IMG/VR virus record: IMGVR_UViG_3300035670_000132
Location: 1-64,000 of that record
DNA from: a virus
Reading direction: 5' to 3' (one strand)
Length of the DNA stretch: 64,000 nucleotides
How positions within the stretch are numbered: the stretch's first letter is position 1; each line of letters begins with the position of its first letter. Positions 46,457-56,225 of this stretch are shown piece after piece. Under the pieces are notes generated by a model, which was given only the letters and a program-made list of their open reading frames with translations, was not told where the DNA came from and ran no database searches. The translations under genes and the position numbers were made by a program.

Positions 46457-48043
46457 ATGGCACAGTTTTTATCAGCAAACGTAATTTCAGATCCAGACTT
46501 CTTGTCTGCGTCTATTAAATTGTCAACAGAAACAAGAACAGCAGGAGATGAAGTATTCATCGACACAACAACTAAAAAAATCAGTCTTCACGTTGACGGA
46601 GCACTTGAGATTCACGGAGTAACTCTCAAGTGCTTGTATTCATTCTTGAAAGAAGAATGGAAAAGCAACGCTAACTTGATTCAGTTCCCATTCCCAATGA
46701 CTCCAATTACTGACGAACAGTTTGAATTTTTCAACGGTTGGAATCTAGCGAACACAGATATTGAATCCGCTAATACTGGAGGACTTGTTCTTTATACTCC
46801 AGAGCTAATTCGTACTGGTGGATGGGCTGTAAAGAGCTACAATCCAGCAACAGATACAAACGGCAACGACACCGAGCGTTGGGCATCAGTCATTTCACTA
46901 GGATCACTCGGCGAAACTGACCAAGTCTACTATCAACAGACAGATACAGTTACTTCACTAGCTACAACAGCGAATTTCAAATTGACTGGCGCAGTCAATC
47001 AAGCTGTTCAATACTATAGCGACACAAACGGAGATGGAACAGCAGACTATGATTATAGTTCTTATCTAAGACTATTCGTTCGCGAGTGGGCTAAGACTTA
47101 TGCATCTTCAGCACTAACTGACATCGGTGTTACATCACTAAACTATCAAGCGTATCGTTTCCCACTAACAAACAGTGCAGACTCAAAGATTACTGGTATT
47201 ACTGGTCTGACAGAAGCTGACGCAAACGGCGCTGCTGCTCCATACAATAACATGAGCATCACATGGTATACTGTTGGTCAAGAGTTTACTGGATTCACGG
47301 CAGCATCTTCTAACGCCGGTTCAGCATTCTTCGAAGTTATCATTGACGCTGACGTAGGAAGCACTCAAGATCCAAACCCAAGTGCTGAACAAATCTACGC
47401 ATTTATTCAAGCTAAATTGAGACTAGAAACAAACATCAACTTCGGTGATGGAAACAATGGAACAACAACAGACGTCAAGTTAGGTAAAATTGTTCCAGAA
47501 AAACTACGCTTCGTCGGTGATGATTTGTTCACTCTAGGTCAAACTTCGCTATCAGAAGGTGTCTACATTGACAACTATCGTGTAACTGATAAAAACAGAC
47601 TACACTTCTGGGGTTACGAAACATCAACTGGTGGAACAGAATACACAAACATTCAGTTCCCATTCGCCGCTGCATTGACAATCAACTTCGGTGAAAACTT
47701 GCAGACAGATAATGCGGCTGAATATTGGGTCTTCTTCACAAACGATGACGCTGGATCTAATTTGGGAAGAGATTTCGGAACAGCAAATGCTATTATCGTT
47801 CAGACAAATACACTGACTGATATGCAAGGCGCTGCGAACGTTGTGTCTGTAACACTAGAATATGATTATGATGGAAATATTCAACGCGGCGCAGGATCAA
47901 ACAATACTCCAGTTCCAATCACTGTTGTTGCTATCGGTCTAGATAAAGCTCAGTATGTTAAGTCAACAACTACAATTTTGAGAACTGTTACTAACTCAGT
48001 ATCTCTAGTTTCTCCTCTAGAAAGAAACTACGCAAACCCATAA
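46457..48043 (+). CDS. putative virion structural protein
   Basis: CATAAATA late-like promoter at 46401 and SD AGGAG; motifs LYSFLKEEW, FPFPM..IT.EQFE, LIRTGGW; ends ERNYANP. Confidence 0.65.
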   Translation: MAQFLSANVISDPDFLSASIKLSTETRTAGDEVFIDTTTKKISLHVDGALEIHGVTLKCLYSFLKEEWKSNANLIQFPFPMTPITDEQFEFFNGWNLANTDIESANTGGLVLYTPELIRTGGWAVKSYNPATDTNGNDTERWASVISLGSLGETDQVYYQQTDTVTSLATTANFKLTGAVNQAVQYYSDTNGDGTADYDYSSYLRLFVREWAKTYASSALTDIGVTSLNYQAYRFPLTNSADSKITGITGLTEADANGAAAPYNNMSITWYTVGQEFTGFTAASSNAGSAFFEVIIDADVGSTQDPNPSAEQIYAFIQAKLRLETNINFGDGNNGTTTDVKLGKIVPEKLRFVGDDLFTLGQTSLSEGVYIDNYRVTDKNRLHFWGYETSTGGTEYTNIQFPFAAALTINFGENLQTDNAAEYWVFFTNDDAGSNLGRDFGTANAIIVQTNTLTDMQGAANVVSVTLEYDYDGNIQRGAGSNNTPVPITVVAIGLDKAQYVKSTTTILRTVTNSVSLVSPLERNYANP

Positions 48044-48070
48044 TATTATTTTTGATCAGGAGATTATGAC

Positions 48071-48595
48071 ATGAAATATGCAAGAGCTGATGTGAGATAC
48101 AATTGTTTCCTTGTGAGTAAGGGCAAAGCTCCTAAAAACAAGGAAATAATTGAACAAGTTGAAAATCAAATGGGTAATTATGCATGGGGTGAATTTACTG
48201 ATAAGTGGGACGTATACGTAACAAATAATCAGATAAAGGTTGTTCCGTGCATAAAAGACATAGGCAAAGTTGCTGAAATTTGTTCTTATAAGTATGTTGC
48301 AGCAAAGAATAATATTGAAATGGAAAAACTAAACGATGAAGAAGAAGCAATTATAGAAATGATTGAGTCTCAGTTTTTAGATGGCAAAATGACATGGAAA
48401 AACTACAGACAATCATGGGGCGTAACTTGGAATCAAGAACGAAATCGCGTAGAAACTTACTTGATGAATTTGCCAGAATCGCAAATAAAAGTGACTGAAG
48501 AAATGATTCAAAAAGTTCTTGATCGCGGCACTGCGGCTTCTGAAACTTTGCTATCAGAAGTAAAGATCAAATTCAAAGACACTAAAAAAGAGTAA
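48071..48595 (+). CDS. hypothetical protein
   Basis: SD AGGAG; 174 aa with an apparent internal duplication (Y.W..F...WDV / M.W..Y...WGV). Confidence 0.65.
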   Translation: MKYARADVRYNCFLVSKGKAPKNKEIIEQVENQMGNYAWGEFTDKWDVYVTNNQIKVVPCIKDIGKVAEICSYKYVAAKNNIEMEKLNDEEEAIIEMIESQFLDGKMTWKNYRQSWGVTWNQERNRVETYLMNLPESQIKVTEEMIQKVLDRGTAASETLLSEVKIKFKDTKKE

Positions 48596-48601
48596 AAACA
48601 C

Positions 48602-51097
48602 ATGGCTGGAGAACGTAATTATCTAAGAATTCCACCAGATAGCACTGGTAAGCGCGTTCGCTTAGTTCACGGCGCACAGATATCATACACTGGAAAAACT
48701 AATGGATACACATGGAAACTAGATAGAGAAGATTATTCTTTTGGCGCTGGTTGGAAATTTCACGTTCACAGCGTGTATGAATCCACGATAACATCTGGCT
48801 TACTTGATGTTAGTTATAGTAGGGATGAACTATACGCCGGTACTACACCAACAGTTGGTGACACTATTCTTGATCCTGATACAGGAGCAGCGATTGCCAC
48901 AGTATCAGCAGCAGTGGACTTATGGAACAACGCTACTAACATCGTTGGATATGAAAATCCAGAATTTGGTCTTAACGTAGATGACACTGGTTCTGCTAAT
49001 GTAAGATTCGCAGAAGGATTGCCGCAGTTAGATGCTTTTGGCAAATTAAGAACAAGCGGCGTTACTATTCTAGGTGATTATGTATTCTCTGACAACCCAT
49101 TAGTTCAAGACTTCACACAGACAAAGTGGGGGTTAGGTGTTTCAGGAGCAATTGATCCAGTTCGTAAAGGACTATTAGTAACAACTCCAGGATCAGTCAC
49201 TGCAACCGGTTTAGACAGTCAATCTACTGCGTATAGATTTACTTATACATCAAATACGTATCATCATTACTTTCCTGGATTCTCACACTTAATTATGATG
49301 ACTGTTGCTCTCAATAACGAGGGCGAAGATGGAGTCATGCGCGAGTGGGGCTACATGGATGATGACAACGGCTACTTTTTCCGTTCAAGTAGAGCACCTA
49401 CACCCGGTACGAATGAACTAACTCTAGAATTTGTTATTCGTTCTTCAGCAACTGGGTCTCTTACAGAAACAGTCATTGGTCGAAATGAAACCAAATACTA
49501 CGTCAATGGTGTCTTATCAAGCACAACAGGGTCTATTTGGAATGGTGATCTAGTTGACGGTACTGATAATAGTGGAAAAAATTTACGATTAGTAGATGAT
49601 AACATTTATTGGATCGATATTCAGTGGCTGGGTGCTGGTCGAGTAAGATTTGGAACATACCATAAAGGTCAGCGTGTCGTTATACATGAACACTACAATG
49701 ACACTAACAATGGATTCCCACACTCACAGACTGGCTCATTGCCAATAAGAATTAATCAATACTGTATTCCTGGAGTAGCAGTAGCAAATTCAGCATCAAT
49801 GAGAGTCTGGTGCGCTGCTGTTAGCACAGAGGCAAATATTGACTTAACTGCAAGAGGTTCAGGTGATCTTGAATCATTTGAAGTTGAATTCAGTTATGAC
49901 AACATTAATGACTGGAAGGGACTATCTGAACCTGTTTCTGGCAAGCAAGACAGAGTTGGCGTAATGAAGACTGGCGTAACAACTACTGGCACCGCAATGA
50001 CAGTGCCAAATGTTACTGGAATTAAGCCGGGATTTAGAGTTCACATTACAGCACAGAATGGTGGATCTGGTGTAATCTCAATGGACAATATTGTTACTGT
50101 GCTGGAGATCACTAACTCAACCACTATAAAGTTAAATAAAGCACCTGATGTCAACCTAACAGGTGAAGAGACAGTAATGTTCCACTTAAACGTGGATCAT
50201 GAGTATCACTTAATTGGTATACTTGCACCAGTAATCAATAGAGGACCACAGACATCAGTAAAGAATCGCACACTGTATCTGCCCAAGTTACTACAAACTA
50301 TGGCATATCATAAGAATACAGGTGCCGATGGTTTCTGCGAACTTGAAATTTACGTTCAGCCAATTATCTCTGGTAATAATGTTGCTATTACAAGAGCGAG
50401 AACAAACAGTGATGCTCTTCTAAAACTAGTTGACGAAAATAATGGTTATGGTGGTGTTATGTCATATGAAAATGACGGCAGAGCAAATTATTTCGGTGGC
50501 GGTTTCCATAACTCAATTACGTTTGTTAAGGGTCATTCAGAGTCAACATCTCTATCTGACCAGTATGCTAACTTCCAAAGTGGTGCGTTCAAGTTACCAG
50601 CAGACAATGGTGGAAATAACAGATGCCCAGTTTTGAGAGTGTATCAGTCACCAGCAGCAGGCGTGCCAACTGTAATACAGATCAATACTCCACCTACTGG
50701 AGTAAACTTTACAAGACATCGTGAGAATAATACTTCATTAACGTTTGAAAACATTCCAGGTGCTATAGGTAGTGATGCAACTTATGGTATAAATGGCAAG
50801 TCATTCTACGTTCGTCACTTAGACTTGGATAAACTTGAATTATACCAAGATGAACTATTCCAAACACCATTTGATACGTCTGGTTTAAGCAACGTTTCTA
50901 ATACACCAAATGCCGTCACAGATGGTGGATATACTTGGAATGCCACTGGTGGATTTATTATCTCTGGATACGGTGATAGCTTATACTTTGCTGTAGTAGC
51001 AAAGCCAATTGGACCTAGCGCAAACTCAACATTTGTCAGCACAAATGGTCCATTAGTTGTTCATTTCAAGTTAACATGGAATGAGATAATTCAGTAA
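48602..51097 (+). CDS. putative virion structural protein with a lectin-like beta-sandwich domain
   Basis: N-terminal RIPPDSTGKR; DAFGKLR.S, WG..D..NG.FF, IYWID.QWLGAGRVRFG motifs; 831 aa. Confidence 0.65.
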   Translation: MAGERNYLRIPPDSTGKRVRLVHGAQISYTGKTNGYTWKLDREDYSFGAGWKFHVHSVYESTITSGLLDVSYSRDELYAGTTPTVGDTILDPDTGAAIATVSAAVDLWNNATNIVGYENPEFGLNVDDTGSANVRFAEGLPQLDAFGKLRTSGVTILGDYVFSDNPLVQDFTQTKWGLGVSGAIDPVRKGLLVTTPGSVTATGLDSQSTAYRFTYTSNTYHHYFPGFSHLIMMTVALNNEGEDGVMREWGYMDDDNGYFFRSSRAPTPGTNELTLEFVIRSSATGSLTETVIGRNETKYYVNGVLSSTTGSIWNGDLVDGTDNSGKNLRLVDDNIYWIDIQWLGAGRVRFGTYHKGQRVVIHEHYNDTNNGFPHSQTGSLPIRINQYCIPGVAVANSASMRVWCAAVSTEANIDLTARGSGDLESFEVEFSYDNINDWKGLSEPVSGKQDRVGVMKTGVTTTGTAMTVPNVTGIKPGFRVHITAQNGGSGVISMDNIVTVLEITNSTTIKLNKAPDVNLTGEETVMFHLNVDHEYHLIGILAPVINRGPQTSVKNRTLYLPKLLQTMAYHKNTGADGFCELEIYVQPIISGNNVAITRARTNSDALLKLVDENNGYGGVMSYENDGRANYFGGGFHNSITFVKGHSESTSLSDQYANFQSGAFKLPADNGGNNRCPVLRVYQSPAAGVPTVIQINTPPTGVNFTRHRENNTSLTFENIPGAIGSDATYGINGKSFYVRHLDLDKLELYQDELFQTPFDTSGLSNVSNTPNAVTDGGYTWNATGGFIISGYGDSLYFAVVAKPIGPSANSTFVSTNGPLVVHFKLTWNEIIQ

Positions 51098-51098
51098 T

Positions 51099-51737
51099 AT
51101 GTCTTGGGCTGCACTCAACTACGGCTTTTGGGAATTCTGGGAATCATATGATCCAGCTAATGGATTTTATGGTTCTCAGAAAGTAACTTTTGATGGAGAA
51201 AATAAGCTGATATACATAAATCCAGGGGAAACAAACGTTTTTGTGAAAGACGACATTTACTCTGGATGGAAAGAGTGGGTTCAAGTTCGCGAAAACGCTA
51301 AGTTCTTAGATGCTATCAGAACAACGGGTGGAGATCCAGTGGGCGGTGGACTGTTCTCTGGCGACATCTACTTCATGATCAATGGATGGAAAATTGTAAT
51401 TCAGAGTCAAGTCACTGTCACTGGAATCATATACGATGAGACACCTGGAGTGTCTCCGTTCATTGTTCAGCCTGGCGGTGGTGTCATCAACGTCGTGAGT
51501 AACCTCGCATACGCATACAGTCAAACTTCTGGCTCTACACCACCAACTGTACAAGAGATCAGACAAGAGATGGATTCTAACTCAACTAAACTTAGCTCTA
51601 TTGATACTAAAGTCAATACATTGCCAACAGCGGAACAGATCAGAACTGAAATTGATACGAATTCTACGAAGTTGCAAGAAATTTCAACGAAGCAAGATCA
51701 AGCTCTCACGAAGGGAGACTTCATTGCACTTCAATAA
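51099..51737 (+). CDS. putative virion structural protein
   Basis: FDG..KLI......DIYS.WKEW...RT.GGDP...F..NGW; C-terminal duplicated PT.Q.IR.E.D.NSTKL. Confidence 0.65.
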   Translation: MSWAALNYGFWEFWESYDPANGFYGSQKVTFDGENKLIYINPGETNVFVKDDIYSGWKEWVQVRENAKFLDAIRTTGGDPVGGGLFSGDIYFMINGWKIVIQSQVTVTGIIYDETPGVSPFIVQPGGGVINVVSNLAYAYSQTSGSTPPTVQEIRQEMDSNSTKLSSIDTKVNTLPTAEQIRTEIDTNSTKLQEISTKQDQALTKGDFIALQ

Positions 51738-51745
51738 TCGTTTTT

Positions 51746-51753
51746 TATAAATA
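51746..51753 (+). promoter_or_regulatory. T4-type late promoter
   Basis: TATAAATA directly before SD AGGAG of the prohead core gene. Confidence 0.7.
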
Positions 51754-51762
51754 GGAGATATT

Positions 51763-51972
51763 ATGTCAGATACAGCATTACATGCAATCAAATCTGCACT
51801 TGACAACAACGCAGCAGAATTTAAAGACGCAATTGTAGATATGTTAGGCACTAAAGTGCAATCAGCTCTACAGTTACAAAAAACAAAATATGCAAATTCA
51901 TATTTCTCGGATGAAGTAGCATCTGAAGAAGATGAAGAACAAGAGGACCAAGAAGGAACTACAGATGATTAA
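51763..51972 (+). CDS. prohead core protein (gp67-like)
   Basis: Small helical protein with a very acidic C-terminus; position between gp20 and gp21. Confidence 0.6.
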   Translation: MSDTALHAIKSALDNNAAEFKDAIVDMLGTKVQSALQLQKTKYANSYFSDEVASEEDEEQEDQEGTTDD

Positions 51973-52210
51973 GTTCAAAGAGTTTTTGGAGATTGAAATC
52001 TCTGAAGCTGATTTTTCAAAAGCGCAAACAACATCAACTAAGAATGCACACGCATTAATCAAAGAAAAGATGAAAAACGAAGATCATCAAGATGCTTTGA
52101 TGTCTTTGTATGATGATTTAAATGAAGAGAATCAGCAGTTGTTTGAAGAAATGCTTGAAGCTGACATTGAAAAGTTGCTTGAATTTGCACTATCACGAAT
52201 CGGAGAGTAA
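51965..52210 (+). CDS. prohead core-associated protein (gp68-like position)
   Basis: MIKFKEFLE start; acidic; LYDDLNEENQ..F..ML motif. Confidence 0.5.
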   Translation: MIKFKEFLEIEISEADFSKAQTTSTKNAHALIKEKMKNEDHQDALMSLYDDLNEENQQLFEEMLEADIEKLLEFALSRIGE

Positions 52211-52216
52211 TGAATC

Positions 52217-52678
52217 ATGGCTGACACAGTAACAACGCAAGTTTTGAAAGATCATGCAAGAGGATATGCAGTCAAGTTCACTAACTTTTCTGACGGAACA
52301 GGCGAATCAAATGTAGTCAAAATTGATGCGTCAACACTAACAGCAGCCAATGACGACGGATCAGAGAGATTGTCTATCACTAAACTTTTCTGGTCTATTG
52401 GTTCTGGAACAAGCGCAACAATGTCACCAAGAATCACGCTAAAGTGGTTCGGAGCAGCAGCAAATACAACAATTGTCACATTGACTGGTTCTGGATTCTG
52501 GGACTTAACAAGCGCTGGTCAAGCACCACTAACAAATAATGCTACAAATCCTAATGGCGACATTCTACTTTCTACTGAAGGTTTCACTGCAAACGCAGCA
52601 TACACTCTCATCGTAGAAGGTCACAAAACTGCTGGCTACACTAGCAGAGAAACAACAGACGATGGCGTCTCGCCATAA
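52217..52678 (+). CDS. hypothetical virion protein upstream of gp21
   Basis: MADTVT.Q.L.D......KFTN.SDGTGE..V.K.D.S.L...GDILLST pattern of T4-like environmental phages. Confidence 0.7.
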   Translation: MADTVTTQVLKDHARGYAVKFTNFSDGTGESNVVKIDASTLTAANDDGSERLSITKLFWSIGSGTSATMSPRITLKWFGAAANTTIVTLTGSGFWDLTSAGQAPLTNNATNPNGDILLSTEGFTANAAYTLIVEGHKTAGYTSRETTDDGVSP

Positions 52679-52700
52679 TACATTGCGGAGAACAACTAAC

Positions 52701-53351
52701 ATGAGACTAATCACAGAAGTCAACGAAGAGATCAAGTTCATTACTGAAGCTAGAGAAGACGGCAAGAAAAGTCTCTACATTGAAGGCGTTTACATGCAAT
52801 CAGAGCGTCCAAACAGAAATGGACGCATGTATCGCTTTGAAACTCTAAACAGAGAAGCACAAAGATATATCACTGAATACGTGCAAAAAGGTCGCGCATT
52901 CGGTGAACTTGGTCATCCACAAGGACCAACAATCAATCTAGAGCGTTCAGCTATTTTGATCAAAGACCTTCGTGCAGAAGGAACAGACTTCTATGGTAAG
53001 TCTAAAGTTCTAGACACACCTTACGGAAACATCGTAAAGAATCTAATCGACGAAGGCGCAACACTCGGCGTGTCTACCCGTGGAATGGGAAGTCTAAAAG
53101 AAGGCAAAGATGGAGTAAAGATCGTAGATGACGATTTCTATCTTGCGACTGCCGCCGATGTTGTAGCAGATCCTTCTGCACCAGATGCATTTGTTCGTGG
53201 AATTATGGAAAATAAAGAGTGGGTCAATATCAACGGAGTCTGGACAGAACGACATATTGACGTAGCAAAAGCACTGATCAAAAAGACGTCTTCTAAAAAT
53301 CTTGAAGAAGCGAAGATTAGAGTGTTTGAATCTTTCATCAAACAACTATAA
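52701..53351 (+). CDS. gp21: prohead protease
   Basis: MRLITE, NRNGR.Y, GELGHP..PTINL, LGVS.RGMGSL, D.VADPSAPDAFV.GIME. Confidence 0.95.
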   Translation: MRLITEVNEEIKFITEAREDGKKSLYIEGVYMQSERPNRNGRMYRFETLNREAQRYITEYVQKGRAFGELGHPQGPTINLERSAILIKDLRAEGTDFYGKSKVLDTPYGNIVKNLIDEGATLGVSTRGMGSLKEGKDGVKIVDDDFYLATAADVVADPSAPDAFVRGIMENKEWVNINGVWTERHIDVAKALIKKTSSKNLEEAKIRVFESFIKQL

Positions 53352-53361
53352 TTTTCCAAGT

Positions 53362-53369
53362 TATAAATA
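53362..53369 (+). promoter_or_regulatory. T4-type late promoter
   Basis: TATAAATA upstream of gp22. Confidence 0.8.
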
Positions 53370-53403
53370 CATAACACTGACTCACACAAAAAGGAGAACT
53401 CCC

Positions 53404-54171
53404 ATGGGCATTGAAGAAAAACAAACAGAAGTTCTAGACGAGAAGAAAGTCGGTCTTTCAGAAGACGTAGATACTCTTTTCGCAGGTGAAGAACTATCTG
53501 AAGAATTCAAAAACAAAGCAAAAGCAATTTTTGAAGCAGCAGTAGCAGCAAAGATTGAAGAGCAGACAGCATCACTAGAAGAGCAGTTCAATCAGAAACT
53601 AGAAGAGCAAACAACTCAGTTTGCAGAATCACTAGTTGACAAGATCGATGAATATCTAGAGTATGTTGTTGAGAATTGGATGGAAGAAAATAAAGTCGCT
53701 ATCGAAAAAGCTCTAAAGGTTGAGATGGCAGAAGACTTTATGGTTGGTCTAAAGAATCTATTCACCGAGCACTACATTGATCTTCCAGAAGAGAAGGTTG
53801 ACGTAATCGAAGGCTACGAAGAACAAATGACTCGCATTAAGCGCGAACTTGATGAAGCAATTGCAGCTAAAGCAGAACTGGCAGAATCTGTAGTTGAATT
53901 CAAAAAAGAAAAGATTGCACAAGAAGTTTCAGAGGGTCTCTCTGAAGTTCAATCTGCAAAATTGAAGTCCCTAGCTGAGCACATTGAATTTGTATCAGAA
54001 GAGGACTACACAGAGAAACTTCAACTTACAAAGAAGAAGTATTTTGATGTAAAGGAAGAAGAGACCGTTTCTGAGTCTAAGGGTCTTGATTCTGTAGAAA
54101 ATCTGGATGAAGCATTCTCACCTGTTATGAGTCGCTATGTTCAGAACCTTTCCAGAATTGTGAAAAAATAA
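53404..54171 (+). CDS. gp22: prohead scaffolding protein
   Basis: LSEEFK.KA..IFEAAV, D.YLEYVVE.WM.EN..AIE; SD AGGAG before ATG 53404. Confidence 0.93.
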   Translation: MGIEEKQTEVLDEKKVGLSEDVDTLFAGEELSEEFKNKAKAIFEAAVAAKIEEQTASLEEQFNQKLEEQTTQFAESLVDKIDEYLEYVVENWMEENKVAIEKALKVEMAEDFMVGLKNLFTEHYIDLPEEKVDVIEGYEEQMTRIKRELDEAIAAKAELAESVVEFKKEKIAQEVSEGLSEVQSAKLKSLAEHIEFVSEEDYTEKLQLTKKKYFDVKEEETVSESKGLDSVENLDEAFSPVMSRYVQNLSRIVKK

Positions 54172-54176
54172 CTTTT

Positions 54177-54184
54177 TATAAATA
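54177..54184 (+). promoter_or_regulatory. T4-type late promoter
   Basis: TATAAATA upstream of gp23. Confidence 0.8.
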
Positions 54185-54224
54185 ACAACAGAGTTTCCAA
54201 AATACTCAACAAGGAGAAAAACTT

Positions 54225-55568
54225 ATGTCACAAATCGAATCACTAGTAAAGAAATGGGCTCCAATCATTGAACATGCTGATCTACCAGCAATCAAGGACG
54301 CTCATCGCAAGGCAGTAACAGCACAGCTATTGGAAAACCAAGAGCTAGACCTTCGTGTCAATACTTCTGGCGGATATCAAGCACCAACAAGTTTGCTATC
54401 AGAAGCAGCACCAACAAATAACTTCGGTGCATCTTCTTCAACAGCAGGCACAGGTGGTATCGACACATACGATCCAATTCTAATCAGCCTAGTTCGTCGC
54501 GCAATGCCAAATTTGATCGCTTACGATCTATGCGGCGTTCAGCCAATGAACGGACCAACAGGTCTAATCTTCGCAATGCGTTCTAACTACAGACAGCAGC
54601 GCGGAACAGAAGCTCTATTCAACGAAGCTAATACAGCATTCTCTGGAACAAACAACACTAACTCATTCGGCCAGTCACAAACTGGTGCATCTCCAGTTGT
54701 CGCTGACGTAGCTAACAACTACACATACGGCACAGGCATGTCAACAGCGCAAGCTGAAGCACTAGGCGATGATGCTAATAACCAGTTCCAAGAAATGGCA
54801 TTCCAGATCGACAAGATTGCCGTAACAGCTAAGAGCCGCGCTCTAAAGGCTGAGTACACAATGGAACTAGCACAAGACTTGAAGGCTATCCACGGTCTAG
54901 ACGCAGAGCAAGAGCTAGCAAACATTCTATCTACAGAAATTCTAGCTGAAATCAACCGCGAAGTTATCCGTACAATCAACGCAACAGCATCCGCTGGCGC
55001 ACAAGAGAACGTTGCAACACTAGGCACATTCGACCTAGACGTTGACGCTAACGGTCGCTGGTCAGTTGAGAAGTTCAAGGGCTTGATGTTCCAACTAGAG
55101 CGTGAGTCTAATGCACTAGCTAAGGCAACACGTCGTGGCAAGGGCAACGTCATGATTTGCTCATCTGATGTCGCATCCGCACTACAGATGGCAGGTGTTC
55201 TAGACTATACTCCAGCTCTAGCAAATAACCTACAAGTTGACGACACTGGCAACACATTCGCTGGCGTTCTAAACGGTCGCATCAAGGTCTACATCGACCC
55301 ATACTTCGCAGCATCATCTGGCATTCACTACGCTACAATGGGCTACAAGGGCACATCAGCATTCGACGCTGGCTTGTTCTACTGCCCATACGTTCCACTA
55401 CAGATGGTTCGTGCAGTTGGTCAGGATACATTCCAGCCAAAGATCGCGTTCAAGACACGTTATGGCATGGTTGCAAACCCATTTGCAACATCTGCTGCTG
55501 ACGGCGTTGTTGCATTCGCGAACAAAAATATCTATTACAGAAAGTTTGCAATTGCAAATCTAATGTAA
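54225..55568 (+). CDS. gp23: major capsid protein
   Basis: LISLVRRAMPNLIAYD.CGVQPM.GPTGLIFAMR, KSRALKAEYT.ELAQDLKA.HGLDAE, FYCPYVPLQ, FKTRYG. Confidence 0.98.
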   Translation: MSQIESLVKKWAPIIEHADLPAIKDAHRKAVTAQLLENQELDLRVNTSGGYQAPTSLLSEAAPTNNFGASSSTAGTGGIDTYDPILISLVRRAMPNLIAYDLCGVQPMNGPTGLIFAMRSNYRQQRGTEALFNEANTAFSGTNNTNSFGQSQTGASPVVADVANNYTYGTGMSTAQAEALGDDANNQFQEMAFQIDKIAVTAKSRALKAEYTMELAQDLKAIHGLDAEQELANILSTEILAEINREVIRTINATASAGAQENVATLGTFDLDVDANGRWSVEKFKGLMFQLERESNALAKATRRGKGNVMICSSDVASALQMAGVLDYTPALANNLQVDDTGNTFAGVLNGRIKVYIDPYFAASSGIHYATMGYKGTSAFDAGLFYCPYVPLQMVRAVGQDTFQPKIAFKTRYGMVANPFATSAADGVVAFANKNIYYRKFAIANLM

Positions 55569-55599
55569 TTTATTGAGCCGACGAAGATCGGACTTTCAG

Positions 55600-55625
55600 A
55601 GGGGCTCTTCGGAGCCCCTTTTTTT
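55600..55625 (+). terminator. intrinsic terminator after gp23 with cUUCGg tetraloop
   Basis: AGGGGCTC-TTCG-GAGCCCCT followed by a T run. Confidence 0.92.
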
Positions 55626-55666
55626 GTCACATAAATAGTGCATAAGACACATAAGGCTCGATTAAT

Positions 55667-56173
55667 ATGACACCAAATCCATCAAATAGAAGTTTTCTGT
55701 CAAACAACAAATATGAGTTAGTTATCAATAGACTACCTAACGTTGTTTTCTTTTTGCAGGCATTGAATCTGCCTAACATCACGCTGTCAAATGTGATCAC
55801 ACCAACTCCTTTTGTTGAATTGAAGAAGCCTGGCAATCAATTGCGCTATGAAGACTTGACTGTCAATTATATTCTTGATGAAGACATGCAAGCATGGTTC
55901 GAGATATACAACTGGATGATGGGTCTTGCTAATCCAGAGACGACAAACAAGACAGGCACACTCACAAAAACACCAGGTAAAGTGAACAGTATAACTTCTG
56001 ATATGTCTATTCTGATCAAGACTAATGCGAACAACTCAAATATAAAAGTAACTTTCTATGATGCATTCCCTACTGATCTAGGCGGTGTTCAATTGACGTC
56101 TACTGAAGGGCAAGATTTTCTCACTTCTACAATCACATTCACATATAATTATTATAAAGTAGAGAAGATTTGA
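55667..56173 (+). CDS. gp3: tail tube terminator/tail completion protein
   Basis: N..FLS...Y...I.RLP.V.FF.Q..NLP, PG..L.Y..L....LDED...W.EIYNW, F.DAFP..L; CATAAATA at 55630. Confidence 0.88.
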   Translation: MTPNPSNRSFLSNNKYELVINRLPNVVFFLQALNLPNITLSNVITPTPFVELKKPGNQLRYEDLTVNYILDEDMQAWFEIYNWMMGLANPETTNKTGTLTKTPGKVNSITSDMSILIKTNANNSNIKVTFYDAFPTDLGGVQLTSTEGQDFLTSTITFTYNYYKVEKI

Positions 56174-56198
56174 CATAATCTTCATTATCTGATATAAT
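56170..56198 (+). promoter_or_regulatory. consensus sigma70 (early) promoter for the uvsY-uvsW block
   Basis: TTGACA-N17-TATAAT with an extended -10 TG. Confidence 0.85.
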
Positions 56199-56225
56199 GA
56201 TTTATTTTACGTAATGAGGTTTGTA

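Noticed and set aside
52662-53404. Longer upstream starts given in the ORF track for gp21 and gp22 (also 419, 2190, 2488, 24139, 51932, 56214, 56629, 59337)
   Set aside because: Downstream ATGs have SD sites, stop-start coupling or family-typical N-termini, so those were used.
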